21,708 bases of DNA. Source: Armatimonadota bacterium. GTDB taxonomy: Bacteria; Armatimonadota; UBA10988. Made by a program: the position numbers and the translations under genes. The stretch spans positions 1 to 21,708 of the forward strand of contig JACRKZ010000173.1 of the NCBI GenBank assembly GCA_016235455.1, given 5' to 3'. The notes beneath the pieces were generated by a model. The model saw only the letters and a program-made list of their open reading frames with translations, did no database searches and was not told the origin of the DNA. The first letter of the stretch is position 1. The number at the start of each line of letters is the position of its first letter. Positions 17,505 to 21,708 of this stretch are shown here, one piece after another.

Positions 17505-18724
17505 GCTGCTTCATCCACGAGTTCGCGACAGATCTGGGTCCAGCGGTCGAACCGCTCGGGCTGGTTCTCGCAGGTGTGCGTGTCCTTCAGAATGATCTCC
17601 AGAACGCCACCGCGGCATACCTCAATCGTATGCTTCAGGTGCTCACGGATCAAGACCTCGTCGAATCGGCCGACCAGGTGCGATGGTTGGGGTTTCCAGG
17701 AGAAGATGTACTTGTCCTCGACCAGCGGCGCGGCGATGTCCACCTTGCAGAACGGCGACATGGAGATGCGCCTCATGCCCGGCAGGGCGCAGACATCGGC
17801 CAGCTTGTGGTGCAGACCATCGCAGCAGCCGTAGCCGGTGAGCGCGAACGGCGCCAGCAGTTCGGCCTCGTAGGCCATGGCGAACTCGGCGTGCATCTCG
17901 GGTGACACCGGGTCGAGTTCCTGTGATTCGGCCGAGGCCCACATCTCGGAGGTACGCACGGGACCGTCGGCGCCAGGCGTCAGGGCGTCAATGTAGCCGT
18001 TGCCGCCAGTGGCGTTGTAGGTGTTGTCGTTGTTCGCGCTGAGCAGCCCCAGCTCGATGTACTGCGCCAGGACGTGCTTGTGGCCGTCGGTCAGGAAGCG
18101 CATGGCCTGGTGCAGGAAGTCGGGCTCGGTGACCATGTCCATGTAGACCTGGTTGAGCCCGCGCAGGCCGGTCCACTGATTCATCAGGTGGTACGACAGA
18201 TGCGCCACACCCACCGTGCGCACCTCCAGCAGGTCGCCGAATACCTCGCGCGCCAGCGCCTCCTCCCGCGCCGTGGCGTCGTCGTCGACGCTGATCTCGG
18301 GGAAGTGCATGCGGGCCAGATCGTCGGGCGACTGGACCACCGGGTCGAAGGCCCAGGCGCCGCGGTCAGCCGTCGCGGCGTGGTGCCGAGGCTCCAAGCC
18401 CCAGCCGGTCGAGCGGATGGCGCGCTGCACGGTCCATTCGGCCTCGACCACGTTGTCCGCGCGGAAATGGTCGTAGCCGTACAGGCGTGAGCGCAGGTGC
18501 CACTCCCAGCCGCGCGCCTGCTCGCCCTCGCAGGTCAACGTCGACCAGGGCAGCAACTCGCCCCACGAGCCCTCGGGGAAGATGAGCATCATCGGACGCT
18601 GCGGGTCGAGCGCGTTGTGCCGGCGCCAGAGCGCGCGTCGGTCGGCCATCTCGGCGGAATCGGCCACCTCGCGCACGCGAGCGGCCAGGGCGCGCAGCAC
18701 GCCTCGGTCATGGTCAGTGAACAC
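17489..18724 (-). CDS. Conserved protein of unknown function, uroporphyrinogen decarboxylase/MtaA-CmuA (URO-D/MetE fold)-like
   Basis: Start reassigned to GTG 18724 (VFTDHDR) after GGAGG, removing overlap with the dGTPase gene; motifs LRGLNQVYMDM..EPDFLH, ESQE...VSPEM..EF, YGCCD, SWKP.P. Confidence 0.75.
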   Translation of the reverse strand: MFTDHDRGVLRALAARVREVADSAEMADRRALWRRHNALDPQRPMMLIFPEGSWGELLPWSTLTCEGEQARGWEWHLRSRLYGYDHFRADNVVEAEWTVQRAIRSTGWGLEPRHHAATADRGAWAFDPVVQSPDDLARMHFPEISVDDDATAREEALAREVFGDLLEVRTVGVAHLSYHLMNQWTGLRGLNQVYMDMVTEPDFLHQAMRFLTDGHKHVLAQYIELGLLSANNDNTYNATGGNGYIDALTPGADGPVRTSEMWASAESQELDPVSPEMHAEFAMAYEAELLAPFALTGYGCCDGLHHKLADVCALPGMRRISMSPFCKVDIAAPLVEDKYIFSWKPQPSHLVGRFDEVLIREHLKHTIEVCRGGVLEIILKDTHTCENQPERFDRWTQICRELVDEAAAGWR

Positions 18725-18796
18725 GGCCTCGCCTCCCAGTGGCCTAATCATACCCAACCCGCGCAACCGAGTCGCGCGCCTCGGGTCAAACGGGTC

Positions 18797-19852
18797 ATGG
18801 ACGTCCGGCTGCGGATCGAAGGCGAGGAGGCAGCGCGCCTGTCGGAGTTCGCCGCGCGGGCCGGCAACTCCCGGGGGCGCGCACGGCCCGAGCCTGAGTG
18901 CCCGCTGCGCACCTGCTACATGCGCGACCGCGACCGCATCATGCACCAGGCCAAGTCCTTCCGCCGCCTGGCCCACAAGACGCAGGTGTTCGTCTCGCCG
19001 GCAGAGGACCACTACCGCACGCGTCTCAGCCACACGCTGGAAGTAGCGCAGATCGCCCGCACCATCGCCCGCGCGCTATCGCTCAACGAGGACTTGACCG
19101 AAGCCATTGCCCTGGCCCACGACCTGGGCCACGCACCATATGGCCATGCGGGCGAGGAAGGGCTCGACGACGCCTATCGCCGCCACGGCGGGCGCTTCCA
19201 CCATGCGCCGCACAGCCTGCGCGTGGTCGACCATCTGGAGAACGATGGTGTCGGGCTGAACCTGACCTTCGAAGTGCGCAACGGCATCCTCTCGCACACC
19301 AAAGGTCGCACTGACTGGGCCAACTCGGCGGTCGGCTCATCGCCCGCCACGGTGGAGGCCCAAGTGGTGCGGGTGTCGGACCGCATCGCCTACCTGAACC
19401 ACGACATCGACGATGCGCTGCGCGCGGGCGTGATGGCCCTCGACGACCTGCCGGCGGACGCACTGGACGTGCTGGGCCGCGGCCATGGCCAGCGTATCGA
19501 CACCATGGTGCACGACGTCGTGGCTCGCAGCCTGGGCCAACCGGCCATCGGCATGTCGACCGAAGTGGCGCAAGCCAGCGATGCGGTCAAGGAGCATCTC
19601 TACGACCACGTCTACCTCTCGGCCACGGCCGCCAACGCCGACCGCGGCCGCATCAAGGCACTGCTCGGGGCGCTGTTCGAGGCCCACATGGCCGAGCCCG
19701 AGCGACTGCCGCGGCCGCATCCGGCGCTGGACCTGAGCCAGCCAGCCGACCGGGCCCGCGCAGTGGCCGACCATCTGGCCGGCATGTCGGATCGCTACGC
19801 CAAAGACACCTATCTGCGCCTCTTCCTGCCGCGTGACTGGCAGGGCGCCTAG
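18797..19852 (+). CDS. dgt: Deoxyguanosinetriphosphate triphosphohydrolase-like HD-domain protein
   Basis: RDRDRI, FRRLAHKTQV, RTRLSHTLEV, AHDLGH.PYGHAGE, DRIAY..HDIDD, AGMSD.YA. Start at ATG 18797. Confidence 0.92.
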   Translation: MDVRLRIEGEEAARLSEFAARAGNSRGRARPEPECPLRTCYMRDRDRIMHQAKSFRRLAHKTQVFVSPAEDHYRTRLSHTLEVAQIARTIARALSLNEDLTEAIALAHDLGHAPYGHAGEEGLDDAYRRHGGRFHHAPHSLRVVDHLENDGVGLNLTFEVRNGILSHTKGRTDWANSAVGSSPATVEAQVVRVSDRIAYLNHDIDDALRAGVMALDDLPADALDVLGRGHGQRIDTMVHDVVARSLGQPAIGMSTEVAQASDAVKEHLYDHVYLSATAANADRGRIKALLGALFEAHMAEPERLPRPHPALDLSQPADRARAVADHLAGMSDRYAKDTYLRLFLPRDWQGA

Positions 19853-19855
19853 CAT

Positions 19856-19884
19856 TTGACACTGCCCCGCTGACCGGTCATAAT
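19856..19884 (+). promoter_or_regulatory. Putative sigma70-type promoter with overlapping palindrome
   Basis: TTGACA, 17-bp spacer, CATAAT; TGACCGGTCA palindrome at 19871-19880. Confidence 0.65.
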
Positions 19885-19929
19885 CTGCACGTCTTGACGC
19901 CGCCAGGCGACACGACGCAGGAGTGGCCT

Positions 19930-21708
19930 GTGAAGCGGCTTATCGGGCTGGGCATCGCTATTCTGGGGCTCTGGTCGCTGCCGGTTTGCGCCGAAGCGGT
20001 CAACATCGCGCCGGGCATCACCTACGAGCAGATGGTGCGCCCTGGGCCGGTGGTGATGCATGTGCTGCGCGCCTCGCTGGGCGAGGCCTCGCTGGCGCCC
20101 ACCGTGGCGGCCGGCGGCGCGCGCGTGCTCGATATGGCCACGCTACCCGCCATCGTGGGTCGCCAAGGCAGCGGCGGCAGTGTCGCCGGCGCCATCAACG
20201 GTGGCTACAGCCTGCTCCAGGCCGATCAGGGCGCGCCCATCGGCCTGCTGATCTCTGACGGCGAGTTGCTCTGCGACCCCTGGCCCACCCGCCGCTCGTG
20301 CCTGGTGTTCGGCACGTCGGGCACGCCGCGCATCGAGTCCCTCGGCCTGCGTGGCACGATCGTCGGTATCGACGGCCGCTCGCAGACGGTGTCGGGCCTC
20401 AACCGGCCGCGCTTGCCTGGCGAGCTGGTCATGTATACGCCGCGCTTCAACCCCGCCACCCGCGTGCGCGATGCCGGCCGCCAGGTGGTGCTCAGCCACG
20501 CCTTCACCGAGGGCATGAAGCTGTCGCCCGGCGCCGAGCAGGTGGCCGAAGTGACCGCCATCGTCGATGGCATGGTCAACGTGGAAATTCCCGCCGACGG
20601 CGTGGTGCTGGCCGGCTCCGGCGCGGTGGAGAGCTGGCTCAACCAGCGTCGCGTCGGCGAGCGGCTGACCTTCCGCTTCGACATGGTGCCCAACCTCGGT
20701 CCCGTGCGCTGCGCTCTGGGCGCCGGGCCGCGCATCGTGCGCGACGGTCGGGTCTCGATTGAGGCCGAGCAGGAGGGCTTGTCTGTCCGGCTCAACATGG
20801 GGCGCCAGCCGCGTTCGGCGGTCGGCATCTCCGGCGACACGCTGTTCATGGTCGCCACCGACGGTCGCCAGCCGGGCTACAGCATCGGCATCGACCTGGC
20901 CGAGTTGGCGCAGGTGCTGGTCGACCTGGGCTGCACCCAGGCCATGGAGTTCGACGGCGGCGGCGCAACCACCATGTACGTGCGCGACCGTCTGGTCAAC
21001 CGGCCCAGCGACGGCCAACCCCGGGCGCTGGCCAGCGCGCTGCTGCTGCTGACCACCGGCCGCCTGACCGATGTACCGCTGCCCAACCCGACCGTGTCGG
21101 GCGGTGGCGTGGCGCCCGGCACGCCTGACATTCCCGGCACGAACCCGCCGGTGACGCCGGTTGGCCCGGGCGGCACGGCAGGCGCGGGCGAGCTGGCGCG
21201 GCTCGGCGTGGAGCCGGCCGAGCTGACAGCCTCCGTTGGCGAGACCGTGCCGATCAAGGTAACCGGCCTGGACGCGCAAGGCGTCGCGGTACCGCTCGAC
21301 CTGGCCAAGCTCAGCTACGAGATCGGCCCGGCCGGCGCGGAGCCGCTGGGTGAGATCACCGCTGACGGCGCGTTCGTGGCCAAGCGCGAAGGCAACGGAC
21401 GCCTCACCGTGCGGCTGGGCGACAAGTTCACCACCATCACCGTGCGGGTGGCCAAGAGCGGCGCTACGCCGGTCACGCCGGACCCCGGTGGCGTCAAGCC
21501 GCCGACCAACCCGGGCGGCACGACGCCGACGCCGGTCACGCCGAATCCGCCCGCGGGCGACCTGCGGCCCGGCCAGGGCGTCAAGCGCGAGCCGGTGAAG
21601 GTGCCGGAAGGCCGCCGCAAGACGCTCGACGGCTTCGAGAACATCAAGCACTGGCGACTGGGGGTGCTGCCGAAGGATGCGCCGGCCAAGCTCGAGCTGG
21701 TCGACAAC
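19930..21708 (+). CDS. Secreted phosphodiester glycosidase family (NAGPA/DUF2233) multidomain protein, truncated by window end
   Basis: Not in ORF track. GTG after AGGAG; MKRLIGLGIAILGLWSLPVCA signal peptide; AINGGY, GAGPRIVRDG, QPRSAVG, DGRQPGYSIG, FDGGG.TTM, VNRPSDG; Pro/Gly/Thr linkers flanking an Ig-like segment; frame open to the end. Confidence 0.88.
   Translation, partial: MKRLIGLGIAILGLWSLPVCAEAVNIAPGITYEQMVRPGPVVMHVLRASLGEASLAPTVAAGGARVLDMATLPAIVGRQGSGGSVAGAINGGYSLLQADQGAPIGLLISDGELLCDPWPTRRSCLVFGTSGTPRIESLGLRGTIVGIDGRSQTVSGLNRPRLPGELVMYTPRFNPATRVRDAGRQVVLSHAFTEGMKLSPGAEQVAEVTAIVDGMVNVEIPADGVVLAGSGAVESWLNQRRVGERLTFRFDMVPNLGPVRCALGAGPRIVRDGRVSIEAEQEGLSVRLNMGRQPRSAVGISGDTLFMVATDGRQPGYSIGIDLAELAQVLVDLGCTQAMEFDGGGATTMYVRDRLVNRPSDGQPRALASALLLLTTGRLTDVPLPNPTVSGGGVAPGTPDIPGTNPPVTPVGPGGTAGAGELARLGVEPAELTASVGETVPIKVTGLDAQGVAVPLDLAKLSYEIGPAGAEPLGEITADGAFVAKREGNGRLTVRLGDKFTTITVRVAKSGATPVTPDPGGVKPPTNPGGTTPTPVTPNPPAGDLRPGQGVKREPVKVPEGRRKTLDGFENIKHWRLGVLPKDAPAKLELVDN

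Overview
High-GC (roughly 70% by eye) bacterial window, probably from Armatimonadota (inferred only from the lineage-typical prepilin signature [14 protein letters not shown]...QDYDE). It holds 14 complete CDSs, one CDS truncated by the right edge and absent from the ORF track, and two genes interrupted by single in-frame stops. In order: aldo/keto reductase with internal TAG (runs off the left edge), Cys-type sulfatase, two membrane proteins (one with a zinc ribbon), a divergent GT5 glycogen-synthase-like enzyme, MFS transporter, Tat-exported Gfo/Idh/MocA oxidoreductase, GH78 rhamnosidase-family enzyme, hicB-like pseudogene, proS, Ycf46-like AAA ATPase, two tandem prepilin/H-X9-DG (DUF1559-type) paralogues each with its own promoter and hairpin, a secreted PA14 + GIFT-like + HExxH (M60-like) protein, a URO-D/MetE-fold-like unknown, a dGTPase-like HD protein, and a secreted phosphodiester glycosidase (NAGPA/DUF2233) protein. 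No rRNA, tRNA, CRISPR array or transposase was seen. The best candidate for an undescribed system is the pilin-like cassette pair with constant ends and variable aromatic-rich cores, lying beside a lectin-metalloprotease in a neighbourhood of glycan-degrading enzymes. All family calls are from motif recognition by eye, not database searches.
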